A stretch of DNA of 64,000 nt, taken from positions 7,998,001-8,062,000 of the forward strand of contig OZ024748.1 of NCBI GenBank assembly GCA_964016885.1, written 5' to 3'. The notes below the pieces were generated by a model, which saw only the letters and a program-made list of their open reading frames with translations, was not told where the DNA came from and did not search any database. The translations under genes were made by a program, and so were the position numbers. Numbering within the stretch: the first letter of the stretch is position 1; each line of letters starts with the position of its first letter. The stretch comes from Eledone cirrhosa (taxonomy: Eukaryota). Positions 1-11,925 of this stretch are shown here, in pieces.

Positions 1-19
1 TCGGTAAATCCATACGTAC

Positions 20-111
20 ATATATATATGTGTGTGCATGTATGTATATATATACATACTACTGTACGTCTGTATACATATATGTATGTACCTATACATA
101 CTTATATATAA

Positions 112-168
<57 letters not shown>

Positions 169-199
169 CCTATACATACTTATATATAAATATATATAT

Positions 200-264
<65 letters not shown>

Positions 265-268
265 ATAT

Positions 269-350
<82 letters not shown>

Positions 351-358
351 ATATATAT

Positions 359-420
<62 letters not shown>
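20..420. repeat. (TA)n-rich microsatellite, one of many; other long tracts at 24940-25560, 41155-41460, 42030-42240, 48475-48905, 49115-49420 and 63332-63570
   Basis: Direct observation of dinucleotide runs. Confidence 0.98.
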
Positions 421-423
<3 letters not shown>

Positions 424-612
424 TTGTGTAAAGAGTTAATTAATCCAGGTGGGAGAGTTATTTGACCATAAGAAATAATTAATCCAACAGACTTAGTACC
501 AAACGTAGACAGAATTAATTCAGGGTAACGTAAACCGTTTTACTGTAAGTCGTCTGCGGCACAGACATTGAGACTAAGACTGGAGATTACGTCTCCTGTC
601 TGTCAACTCCTC

Positions 613-3049
613 TATATGTGTGTGTGTGTGTGACACCTCACACCTATGTATGTGTGTGACAGCTCACACCTATGTGTGTGTGAGACAGCTCACACCTATG
701 TGTGTGTGAGACAGCTCACACCTTTGTGTGTGTGTGACAGCTCACACATATGTGTGTGTGAGACAGTTCACACCTATGTGTGTGTGTGTGAGAGACAGCT
801 CACACCTATGTGTGTGTGAGACAGTTCACACCTTTGTGTGTGTGAGAGACAGCTCACACCTATGTGTGTGTGAGAGACAGCTCACACCTTTGTGTGTGTG
901 AGACAGTTCACACCTATGTGTGTGTGTGAGACAGCTCACACCTATGTGTGTGTGAGAGACAGCTCACACCTATGTGTGTGTGAGAGACAGCTCACACCTA
1001 TGTGTGTCTGTGTGACAGCTCACACCTTTGTGTGTGTGTGTGTGTGACAGCTCACACCTATGTGTGTGTGTGTGTGAGACAGCTCACACCTTTGTGTGTG
1101 TGAGAGACAGCTCACACCTTTGTGTGTGTGAGAGACAGCTCACACCTATGTGTGTGTGAGAGACAGCTCACACCTATGTGTGTGACACCTCACACCTATG
1201 TGTATGTGTGACAGCTCACACCTATGTGTATGTGTGTGTGTGACAGCTCACACCTATGTGTGTGTGAGACAGCTCACACCTTTGTGTGTGTGTGACAGCT
1301 CACACCTATGTGTATGTGTGACAGCTCACACCTATGTGTGTGTGAGACAGCTCACACCTTTGTGTGTGTGTGACAGCTCACACCTATGTGTGTGTGTGTG
1401 TGTGTGACAGCTCACACCTATGTGTGTGTGTGAGACAGCTCACACCTTTGTGTGTGTGAGAGACAGCTCACACCTATGTGTGTGTGAGACAGCTCACACC
1501 TTTGTGTGTGTGTGTGTGTGACAGCTCACACCTATGTGTGTATGTGTGACAGCTCACACCTTTGTGTGTGTGTGTGTGTGACAGCTCACACCTATGTGTG
1601 TATGTGTGACAGCTCATACCTTTGTGTGTGTGTGACAGCTCACACCTATGTGTGTGTGAGACACAGCTCACACCTATGTGTGTGTGAGACAGCTCACACC
1701 TTTGTGTGTGTGTGACAGCTCACACCTATGTGTGTGTGTGTGTGTGACAGCTCACACCTATGTGTGTGTGTGAGACAGCTCACACCTATGTGTGTGTGTG
1801 TGTGTGACAGCTCACACCTATGTGTGTGTGAGACAGCTCACACTTATGTGTGTATGTGTGACAGCTCACACCTATGTGTGTGTGAGAGAAAGCTCACACC
1901 TATGTGTGTGTGAGACAGCTCACACCTATGTGTGTGTGAGACACAGCTCACACCTTTGTGTGTGTGTGACAGCTCACACCTATGTGTGTGTGAGACACAG
2001 CTCACACCTATGTGTGTGTGAGAGACAGCTCACACCTATGTGTGTGTGTGACAGCTCACACCTATGTGTGTGTGTGTGTGTGACAGCTCACACCTATGTG
2101 TGTGTGTGTGACAGCTCACACCTATGTGTGTGTGTGTGACAGCTCACACCTATATGTGTGTGTGAGACAGCTCACACCTATGTGTGTGTGTGTGACAGCT
2201 CACACCTATGTGTGTGTGTGTGTGTGACAGCTCACACCTATGTGTGTGTGTGTGACAGCTCACACCTATGTGTGTGTGTGTGACAGCTCACACCTATATG
2301 TGTGTGTGAGACAGCTCACACCTATGTGTGTGTGTGTGACAGCTCACACCTATGTGTGTGTGTGACAGCTCACACCTATGTGTGTGTGTGTGTGTGACAG
2401 CTCACACCTATGTGTGTGTGTGTGTGTGACAGCTCACACCTATGTGTGTGTGTGTGACAGCTCACACCTATGTGTGTGTGTGTGACAGCTCACACCTATG
2501 TGTGTGTGTGTGACAGCTCACACCTATGTGTGTGTGTGTGACAGCTCACACCTATGTGTGTGTGTGTGTGTGACAGCTCACACCTATGTGTGTGTGTGTG
2601 ACAGCTCACACCTATGTGTGTGTGTGTGTGTGACAGCTCACACCTATGTGTGTGTGTGTGACAGCTCACACCTTTGTGTGTGTGTGTGACAGCTCACACC
2701 TATGTGTGTGTGTGTGTGTGACAGCTCACACCTATGTGTGTGTGTGTGACAGCTCACACCTTTGTGTGTGTGTGTGTGAGTGTGTGTGACAGCTCACACC
2801 TATGTGTGTGTGTGTGACAGCTCACACCTATGTGTGTGTGTGTGACAGCTCACACCTATGTGTGTGTGTGTGACAGCTCACACCTATGTGTGTGTGTGTG
2901 TGTGACAGCTCACACCTATGTGTGTGTGTGTGACAGCTCACACCTATGTGTGTGTGTGTGTGTGACAGCTCACACCTATGTGTGTGTGTGTGACAGCTCA
3001 CACCTTTGTGTGTGTGTGTTTGAGTGTGTGTGACAGCTCACACCTATGC
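613..3049. repeat. Compound minisatellite: constant GACAGCTCACACCT(A/T)T plus variable (GT)n
   Basis: About 2.4 kb of a constant core separated by variable-length GT runs. Confidence 0.97.
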
Positions 3050-3124
3050 AGGTTTAGCTGGCCTCCGCCAAGGTATACCTTGTTGGAGGTGTCTCAGGTG
3101 ATTTAATGATATGGACCCCAGTCC

Positions 3125-3270
3125 CTATCATCTCATTTCTACAGCTGAGTAAACTGGAGCAACGTGAAATAAAGTGTCTTGCTCAAGGACACAACACATC
3201 ACCCGGTCTGAGAATTGAACTCACAACCTTTCGATTGTAAGCCCAATGCTCTAACCACTAAGCCATGCGC
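3125..3270 (-). mobile_element. tRNA-derived SINE family B (CORE-like domain)
   Basis: Minus strand reads tggcttagtggttagagc (A box), gagttcaattctc (B box), then gtgtccttgagcaagacactttatttcacgttgctccag (CORE-like). Confidence 0.82.
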
Positions 3271-3477
3271 CTTCTGTATACATAAACATAATAACACACA
3301 GTGGCGAATGGGCCAGGTTGCTAGGTTACCCAATAGCAAGTGGGCTCCAGGGGGCCAACGGTAGCATTACTAGAACCCACAGTAGCATTGCAGGGTCCAC
3401 TGTAGTATTTTAGGGGGCCAATGCTTTGCTTTCAAAAAATACCTGAAATCTAAGAAAAAGTATAACATGTTTTAAAG

Positions 3478-4435
3478 AGAGAGAGAGGGGGAGGGGGAGT
3501 TGGGGGGGTGGGGGGTGCAACAGAAATGAAACATGTAACCTTTTTCAGTTTTTATTTTACAACCAATAAAAAACTGAAAACATTTACTGGGAACCCTACT
3601 ACCGAACAGCATCGAACTTCAGACCAGGATTACCACCGTCTATGATTCCTCCAACTCGGCCACCGAGACATCTCCAGACGAATTACCAAAATTGATAATT
3701 ATAAACCTACTTTCAAAATCAAAGTTAGAAAGATGTAGTGTCGTTCATGGCTTTCCTAGAGCTATTAGTAATATTTAGGGTCGACTTGTCAATCTTCTGG
3801 CTATTTGGTAATATCACAGAGAGAAAGAGCGAGAGAGAAAGGGGGGGAGGGATGAGGTGCAACAGAAATGAAACATGGATTACAGGTTAAAATATAGTCT
3901 AGATAGATGTGAAACAAAACGAGGATGGGGTTTATGGAACACCCAAATGATTTAGAATTCAACCTTAAGTAAGAGAAATATCATTAAGAAAGACATGAAC
4001 AACACCACAACACTTTGTTTTGAAAATTTTGAAAGTAGGTTTATAAGTATGAATTTTCACAATATTTTCATATTTGTCTCGGTGGCCTAGTGGTAAGTAC
4101 TAGAGACGGTGGGGAGCCTAGCCTAGGGTTCAATCCTGGTCAAAAGTTACATGTAACCTTTTTCAGTTTTTATTTTACAACCAATAGAAAAAAGAACTGA
4201 AAAGGTTTACTGGGAACCCTACTTCCCACCAAACTCGAACTCCAGACCAGAATTATCACCGTCTATGATTCCTCCAAGTAGGCCACCGAGACAATTACGA
4301 ATGTATAATGAAAACTGATAATTATAAAGCTACTTTCAAAATCAAAGTTAAAAAGATGTGGTGTCGTTCATGGCTTTCCTAGAGCTATTAGTAATATTTA
4401 GAGTCGACTTGTCAATCTTCTGGCTCTTTGGTAAC
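3478..4435. repeat. Local duplication and inversion of a tRNA-like-headed element (direct copies at about 3532-3812 and 4149-4433; inverted copy at about 3990-4145)
   Basis: About 280-bp direct repeat acatgtaaccttttt...cttctggct.tttggtaa. The inverted segment carries tctcggtggcctagtgg...gggttcaatcc. Confidence 0.75.
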
Positions 4436-4574
4436 AACCTTATTATTGCTATGTGTGTTTAACTGTTGAATTAATTTAATTTAATTATTTTAGCAAACAA
4501 ATAATATATATATATTCCAACACACAAACATAATCGTCTAACCAGTTTCAAACTGAATGCATCCTGATACATAC

Positions 4575-4611
<37 letters not shown>

Positions 4612-4627
4612 ACCACACACACACACA

Positions 4628-4683
<56 letters not shown>

Positions 4684-4738
4684 TATATATATATATATAT
4701 ATAATATAAGATCAAAAGATGGTTAAAAGAGTTCCAAG

Positions 4739-4809
4739 TATTTTATTATGCGCATTTCAAAATCAAATATCATCATGGGATGATATATGCGTTGTCATCA
4801 GATAAAATA
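4739..4809 (-). ncRNA. Type I hammerhead ribozyme motif (palindromic stem III), sense in the PDE11 intron
   Basis: Minus strand: UAUUUUAU-CUGAUGA-[stem II with AUAUCAUC/GAUGAUAU hairpin]-GAAA-UGCGCA-UA^AUAAAAUA. Stem I is 8 bp, the core is intact, and AUGCGCAU is self-complementary. Confidence 0.78.
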
Positions 4810-4873
4810 GGGATACATGATATGAAACTTAAAAAACACTTGTGAATAGTGAAGTTTTAAATCAACATATTTT

Positions 4874-4928
4874 ATATTGTCTACACACATATAATCAGAA
4901 TTTCTGATTATATATGTGTAGACAATAT
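4874..4928. repeat. Palindrome with 27-bp arms, 16 nt from a splice donor
   Basis: atattgtctacacacatataatcagaa-t-ttctgattatatatgtgtagacaatat with 1 mismatch. Confidence 0.9.
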
Positions 4929-4944
4929 ACAATTAAACACTTAC

Positions 4945-5012
4945 TTCAAACAGTTGATCATCTTGATCATCAAAAGGGTATCCGTCGAGTCGATTCACTA
5001 CCTCTGCCACTC
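4945..5012 (-). CDS. PDE11A: PDE11A-like coding exon 8 (end of GAF-B); the gene continues past the left window edge
   Basis: tttcag|(G)VAEVVNRLDGYPFDDQDDQLFE|GTAAGT. 68 nt, phase 1/0. NRLDGxPFDDxD is the PDE11A GAF-B variant of the NKFDE motif. Confidence 0.93.
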
Positions 5013-5476
5013 CTGAAAGTAATTTTCCCAAATATTATATCTATGCTAATATTTTTCGCATAAAAACCACGCATTTATAGAAATCGTTAGGACTGAACCA
5101 TTATGTTATCAAAAAACATTAAATTATTCTGAAATTGATATTTAATTTGGAATATCATAAATATTAATTGTTAAAAGTTTACACATTAAAAGTTTTCTTA
5201 TCAAGTTTGTCTAATATTGATTTCTGCTTTAGTGTTCACTCACTCCAATATATTTGGGATAAGGGAAAATTGGTTGAATCAATCCCAGTACTTGACTGGT
5301 ACTTTATTTTAAGGTCTTTGGAAGGAAGAAAGGCAAAGTTGAACTCGACAAGATCTGTGATCTCTCAATTTGGAGGTGTAGTGTCTCTATCAGGAGCAAC
5401 TCTCTGATCTCCGAACTATGCAGCCTATCAAGTAATTTACTCCAATGACCCTTCGAAAGACCCCCCCCCCCACATA

Positions 5477-5515
<39 letters not shown>

Positions 5516-5516
<1 letters not shown>

Positions 5517-5591
5517 TGGTTACACAACAGTTAGTTCACCATACCGAAAACAATTGTTCTCAGTATGGTGAACTAACTGTTGTGTAACCAC
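5516..5591. repeat. Loopless palindrome with 38-bp arms plus a 40-nt tail, inside (TA)n
   Basis: gtggttacacaacagttagttcaccatac...gtatggtgaactaactgttgtgtaaccac with centre caa|ttg and 2 mismatches. Confidence 0.92.
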
Positions 5592-5831
5592 ATCTACATA
5601 ACTCGTCCCATGGACTGAGTGCTCTACCACTATATATATATGAGCAGAATGTTCAGTAAATCCGTAGAAATTGGCGAGGGTACCAAAGTCAGCACTAAAT
5701 CCTTTGTTCTTTAATCCTGATGTAGCAGTATATTAAGCACTCTACACTATGTAACATGTATAATATAGAAATGGCTTCTATGGGACTAGAACTGTTTCCT
5801 TCGAAAGAAATCATCAGATTGTAAGATTATT

Positions 5832-5871
<40 letters not shown>

Positions 5872-5885
5872 TTTAATACTCACCT

Positions 5886-5942
<57 letters not shown>

Positions 5943-5974
5943 ATACGTATATAAATATATATATATACACACAT

Positions 5975-6025
<51 letters not shown>

Positions 6026-6482
6026 TATATATAAATATATATAATCTAACAATCTATAGGTTCAGAATGAAGATGTTAACAGAGATGTCATCACTGATAT
6101 TTTCTATATTTCCACATTTAATGGTTTGTATATCGCAGAATCTTTTCATACTCGAGCGAACAATAATCATTGCGATAAATCTAACATATATGTCTGCTGA
6201 AAATATGCCATGTTAATGTAAATGTAAATTCAAATGTACTAGAAGGTTGCATTGCATTTATAAACGTTGTTTAAATCATTCATTAACTTAGTGTAATTGG
6301 TATTTATTCTGTAAGACAAGTGAGTGCACCTCGATTCAGTGATAGTCACAAAACTAAAAGCATATTGAATGCTATGGATAATGTTGTGTGATTGTGGTGA
6401 AAGTAATATTTGATGGATAACGACTCATATATCATCATAGTGTATTAATCAGATTATAGACTGCATTAAGCATTTATATCTG

Positions 6483-6607
<125 letters not shown>

Positions 6608-6625
6608 TACGTATATATATATATA

Positions 6626-6682
<57 letters not shown>

Positions 6683-6728
6683 TTATATATATATATTTGT
6701 ACACACACACACACGCACGCACACACAT

Positions 6729-6761
<33 letters not shown>

Positions 6762-6887
6762 AATGTGAGTGTCTATAAATAATACAGTTGTCGGAATCAA
6801 ACTGGATGAAATTATCAGTTTCAACAAACGGTACTAGGATTGTAGCGTCAATCAGCCATTTTGATTTAAAAAATATGCAACAACAAC

Positions 6888-6919
<32 letters not shown>

Positions 6920-7284
6920 CAAAAACAACAACAACATCAACATCACAAGATGTTAATTTTCAGAGAATTCAGAAAATATCTCCAGAATGTTTGAAGTTCG
7001 TTTCATTGTTCAGAAAACAGTTTTTGAAACGGCCCGCTGACATATCTACATATGTCTAGGCTTCTGTTTGTTGGTTCTGGTTGGTGAGGTCACTTCTGCT
7101 TCATATATCACAACTGGTGTGTTAAATTGTTGATCAAGGGTGCATGCTTCAGGCCCTCGGCACGAACATCCAGAGAGTAGAAGGCTCTAGCTATTAGCAC
7201 ATGAGTAGGTTACTTTCACTGTGTGGTGATTAAATATCTGTTGGTATTTATGGCTAGGAACCTTTTAGATTCCCACTTACCTGT

Positions 7285-7762
7285 ACGTGTGTAAGCGCCT
7301 GTGTGTAAATGCCTGTGCGTGTGTGAATGCCTATGTGTGTATGAATGCCTATGTGTGTGTGAACGCCTGTGTGTGTGAACGCCTCTGTGTGTGAACGCCT
7401 GTGTGTGTGTGTGAACGCCTGTGTGTGTGAACGCCTTTGTGTGTGAACGCCTGTGTGTGTGAACACCTTTGTGTGTGAACGCCTGTGTGTGTGAACACCT
7501 TTGTGTGTGAACGCCTGTGTGTGTGAACGCCTCTGTGTGTGAACGCCTGTGTGTGTGTGTGAACGCCTGTGTGTGTGAACGCCTTTGTGTGTGAACGCCT
7601 GTGTGTGTGAACACCTTTGTGTGTGAACGCCTGTGTGTGTGTGTGAACACCTTTGTGTGTGTGGGCGCCTTTGTGTGTGAACGCCTGTGTGTGTGTGTGA
7701 ACACCTTTGTGTGTGTGGGCGCCTTTGTGTGTGGACGTCTCTGTGTGTGGACGTCTCTGTGT
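7285..7762. repeat. Compound minisatellite GAAC(G/A)CCT plus (GT)n
   Basis: Repeated gaacgcct(gt)n and gaacaccttt(gt)n with degenerate edges. Confidence 0.95.
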
Positions 7763-7852
7763 GTATGTAGAGTTTGTTATATTTGAATGATTACGTGTGT
7801 GTGTCTGTATTAGTCTATTAGTGGTTGTAGAAAAATATATATTAGTACTTAC

Positions 7853-7928
7853 CTATAATTTCGTAGTCACTATTTCTTATTGGTTTACACAGGATACTCC
7901 TCGTATGAAATCCAGTCATTTTGTCCGC
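7853..7928 (-). CDS. PDE11A: PDE11A-like coding exon 7 (GAF-B)
   Basis: ttttcag|ADKMTGFHTRSILCKPIRNSDYEII+G|GTAAGT. 76 nt, phase 0/1. Confidence 0.93.
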
Positions 7929-8498
7929 CTGAAAATCAATTAAATTTCCTGATCAGAAATGTTTGACATATCTTATAAATGACTTATGTTGAAGAAATAA
8001 AAAACAAAATGTTAACTGAAATACCAATGCCTTTGTTACGGTAGTAGCAAGACCAAATAGTTAAGATACTCGTTTCACAATCATTAGGTCCCTTAGTTTG
8101 ATCCCATTGCATCTTGGGTAAATGTCATTTACCATAGCCTAGGGTCAACCCATCCTTTCACGGTGAAAATGAGTAGACAGAGACTGGGTGGAATCCTGTG
8201 GGATGGATTGTATTTGTATTTGTAATTCAGATTGTTATCCTTGTCACACTGTGTAATGCTGAATTTCTCAGAGAATTACATTAAAAGTACACGTGTCTGT
8301 GAAATGCTCAGCCACTTATATGTTAATTTCACGAGCTGGCTGTTCTCTTCGTCAAACAACTTATTCCATTTGAAAAGAAAAAAACACATTCAAGTCATTT
8401 AGAAAGAAATATTTATTAAGAAATATTTATTTATAAAAATATAATTTTTTTCAATTATGAAAGAAGTGATTATTGGTGAAAATAGCTAAGAAGCTCAC

Positions 8499-8607
8499 CG
8501 TCTGATCAAACCTAGAGTCTTGATAAGCATCGCTAATGTTAATCGATTCCCCTGTTAAGAGAACCAATTCAGGAATACTTCCTCCAATATTGTAAGTTTC
8601 ATCTTGT
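8499..8607 (-). CDS. PDE11A: PDE11A-like coding exon 6 (GAF-B)
   Basis: aacag|A+QDETYNIGGSIPELVLLTGESINISDAYQDSRFDQT|GTGAGC. 109 nt. NISDAYQDxRFD is the GAF-B motif. Confidence 0.92.
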
Positions 8608-8849
8608 CTGTTAACGATAATGGAGATAAGAAAGATTAATCCGTAAACTGAAGACAATCATTTGAATATTTTTTTATCATAAACAGATTAAAAGGAAGGG
8701 GAGGAGAAGATTAAATTGTCCCCAGTGCATTACTGGTACTTTATTGTATCAACTTGGGAAGTTCACCATTAAGAGCCTAACAAATGCTACCCAGCCACCA
8801 CACTGGTCAGAAGAATAACAGAAATATTTATAAAAGAAGTAAAATATAT

Positions 8850-9552
8850 TTTCTAATGTTGGTACAAAGCCAACAATTTGTTGGGAGGGAACAGTCGAGT
8901 ATATCAACCCCAATATGTGACTGGTATTATAATTTATCAGCCCCGGAAAGATGAAAGGCAAAGTTGACCTCAACGAGATCTGAACTCTGAACATAAAGGG
9001 ACATCACTCTATGCCGTAAAGCACGTGTTCGACGCTCTACCGATTGCTGCCAATCCCCGCCTTTTGCCGATTATAAATAATTGTTTCTACTTTTGGCACA
9101 AGGTCAGCAATTATTCCAGTGTATTACTGGTACTTTATTTTATCGACCCCATAAGGATGAAAGGCAAAGTTAACCTTGGCGGGATTTGAACTCAGATCAT
9201 AAAGGGTCGTAACTCTATGCTACAAATCATGGCGTCCGACTCTCTATCTATACTGCCAATCCACCGTCGATTATAAATAATAATTTCTGATTTAGGTACA
9301 AGGCCAATAATTTGGGGGAAGGATAAAGTCGATTAAATCGACCCCGGTGCGTTACTGGTACTTTATTTTATCGACCCCGGAATTTGAACTCATAACGTAA
9401 ATGGCCTTAACTCTATGCCTAGAAGCATGTTGTGCGTCACTCTACCGATTCTACTGATAATCCACCGACCTAGAGTGGCAGTAACTCTATGTCACAAAGC
9501 GTGTTGTTCGACACTCTACCGATGCACCACCCGTTTGTCGATTATAAATAAT
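8850..9552 (-). mobile_element. Head-to-tail cluster of 3-4 SINE family A copies
   Basis: Repeated family A units joined by the same linker cgattataaataat. Confidence 0.82.
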
Positions 9553-10198
9553 GGCAAGGAATGCACGGAAAACGTGCTGCATGTATATTTCGACAGAATC
9601 TCGCTCTCACCAATTAATACAAACATATCAGCAGTCTTTATCATTCTGATTCATTCAAATACCTTCATATAGTTACCCAGCCACTTCATTATCAAGCTTA
9701 TTTAACTCTCTAATCTGAAGATAGCTTTATACATGGCTGAAATCTCAGTCGGCTGCTTCTTCTCATTTAGCAGACGACACGTACACTGTGGATAATACAA
9801 ACCTAACACGTCACTAACGAACACAATCAGCTCAGCATTAAATTGATTTATCAGTTCTTTCCAAATATTTCATTAGCTAAACACACGCGCACACAAGCAG
9901 TCACACACACATACACATACACATACACAGTCACACACACACAAACAGTCACACACACATACACATACACATACACACACGCGCGCACACATGTTCCAGG
10001 TAATCCATCGATATAATGATTGTAAACTCTCATACACATACATACATACATACATACATACATACATACATACATACATACATACATACATACATACATA
10101 CATACTGCATCAATGCATGTATGTATATATAAATATGTATATATATATATATATGTATATATGTATATATGTATATATGTATATATGTATGTGTGTAT

Positions 10199-10237
<39 letters not shown>

Positions 10238-10279
10238 TACATGATATTTTGATGATAGCAGACGATAATATGGACTTAC

Positions 10280-10341
10280 TGCGTTGCTGAATGGCCGTTG
10301 GTCAACGGATTGGCCAAATCAAAAACTTTTTTGAAGGACGT
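10280..10341 (-). CDS. PDE11A: PDE11A-like coding exon 5 (GAF-B)
   Basis: tttttttacag|TSFKKVFDLANPLTNGHSAT+CA|GTAAGT. 62 nt, phase 0/2, joins in frame to the next exon (CA+A = Gln). Confidence 0.82.
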
Positions 10342-11306
10342 CTGTAAAAAAAACAAAAAAAAAACATTTTTATTAGGAAAATAGAGCACCAGTAATACAC
10401 TGGGGTCGATTTAATCAACTTCCCCTCCCCCCAAATTGCCTATAGTAGGAATCGTTCTTAGGAAAGTATTTTTTTTTTTCTAACATTAGGAAATATCAGA
10501 TAAAGATATCAAATAGTGCAATATTTAGTTGAAGAAGTCAGCGAATATTAATTTGGAGATATATTTATCTATTTAGAGATACGTATTAGATATCACATAT
10601 AAATTATTAGAATTACAATAGAAATAAATTGAATATGTATCTGTTATATATTCAAAATAATTAAGAATGGGAAAGGGAGGGAAAAGCAAGTGCGCTAGGG
10701 GTCACAGAAGAATGGGAGGGGGTGATGGGGGAGATGGGGAGGGTGATCGGGTGATGGGGAGGGGTAGGGCGATGGGGAGGGTGATGGGGTAAGGGTGAGG
10801 GTGGTGAGATCTTGGCCATGTTGAGATATTACAGTCTATACTGGAATAGCGCCTCATTTCATCTAAAATTAGTTGGGGTTTTTTTTAAAGGCCAACGGGA
10901 TTGTAAAATTAACATTTTACCTTTTAGTTGCCACTGGCAATATCAATACTAATCGATTTTATCTTACGCCCCCCCCCCCCCCCCTACCTTTCATTCAAAT
11001 ATACCAATATGTATGTAATAGTCGAATAACCGAAAAAAACTTATTCGGATGATTGTGACCTAATTTAATTTAAATTTTTTTTTTATGTGACTTTAATTTT
11101 TTTCAATTTTATTTTATTTTTAAGCGGAAAAAGGCAACTGATTTTGTAGGAATTTTCCTGGAGCTAATCGTGTTAGAATTTCCTTTGATATCCGAAAGTG
11201 CAGCAATACTATTCTAGTTGTTAATTTAACTGAGAAGCTATAGTAAATCATGAAAGTAGACGAACTAGGTTGTTAATTCATTTATGTACGGTGGGCTGGC
11301 GTTGTA

Positions 11307-11338
<32 letters not shown>

Positions 11339-11729
11339 GGGGAAAAACAACTTTAGCCGCTGATATGGATATCCGTCTGTTTCGACGATGATAGTCCCAA
11401 TTGCTGAAATTGACGTAGCTGAGGGTTCCAAAGATATGTGTACCTTCAACATTATTCTCAGTGAGATTCAACCTAACACTGTGTGACAAAGCTTTCCCGT
11501 TTCAATTACTGGTACATTCCATCCAATGGACTTCCAAAATAGTTTCTATCTATCAGATGTCACGCACAAAACCTTCTACCCTATTCAATGACACAAAATA
11601 GAATCAAACTCAGGACCTAATGATTGCGAAACAAGCTTCTCAACCATTCGGCTGCTGAACAAGAATCATATTTTATCATTATATAATCATAGATTTTACA
11701 ATTGTAATTATATATAATTATTACAGCTA

Positions 11730-11925
11730 AGGATCAGTCGGGAGAGAGTTGGATTTACAATCGTGAGTTTGTGAGTTCGATTTCCGTACCGGGCAATGCG
11801 TTATATCCTTAAAAAAGACACTTTATTTCACATTGCTCCTTCTGTCAGGAGTTGCGACCATTAGCTAGCATCAGTAATTGGAAAGACCAATGGAAACATT
11901 GTTTCCTTGGTCCGATCTGGCGAGT
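11730..11925 (+). mobile_element. SINE family B variant; inverted relative at 27722-27915
   Basis: tRNA-like head, then tccttaaaaaagacactttattt, then the tail aattggaaagacc.atggaaacat.gtttcct.ggtccgat shared with 27722-27915 (minus). Confidence 0.72.

Noticed and set aside
613-3049. CRISPR-like layout (constant repeat with variable spacers)
   Set aside because: The spacers are only (GT)n or (GA)n of variable length, there are no cas genes, and the context is a eukaryotic intron.
3180-3270. Functional tRNA genes at the A/B-box motifs
   Set aside because: The motifs run directly into SINE bodies and I could not fold complete cloverleaves. They are SINE heads.
1-4944. Further PDE exons (AFxIFCGLGI helix and catalytic HD domain)
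   Set aside because: Searched by eye on the minus strand and not found. They are presumably beyond the left edge.
8451-8657. 68-aa ORF treated as a standalone gene
   Set aside because: Only 8499-8607 is exonic. The remainder is intron read-through.
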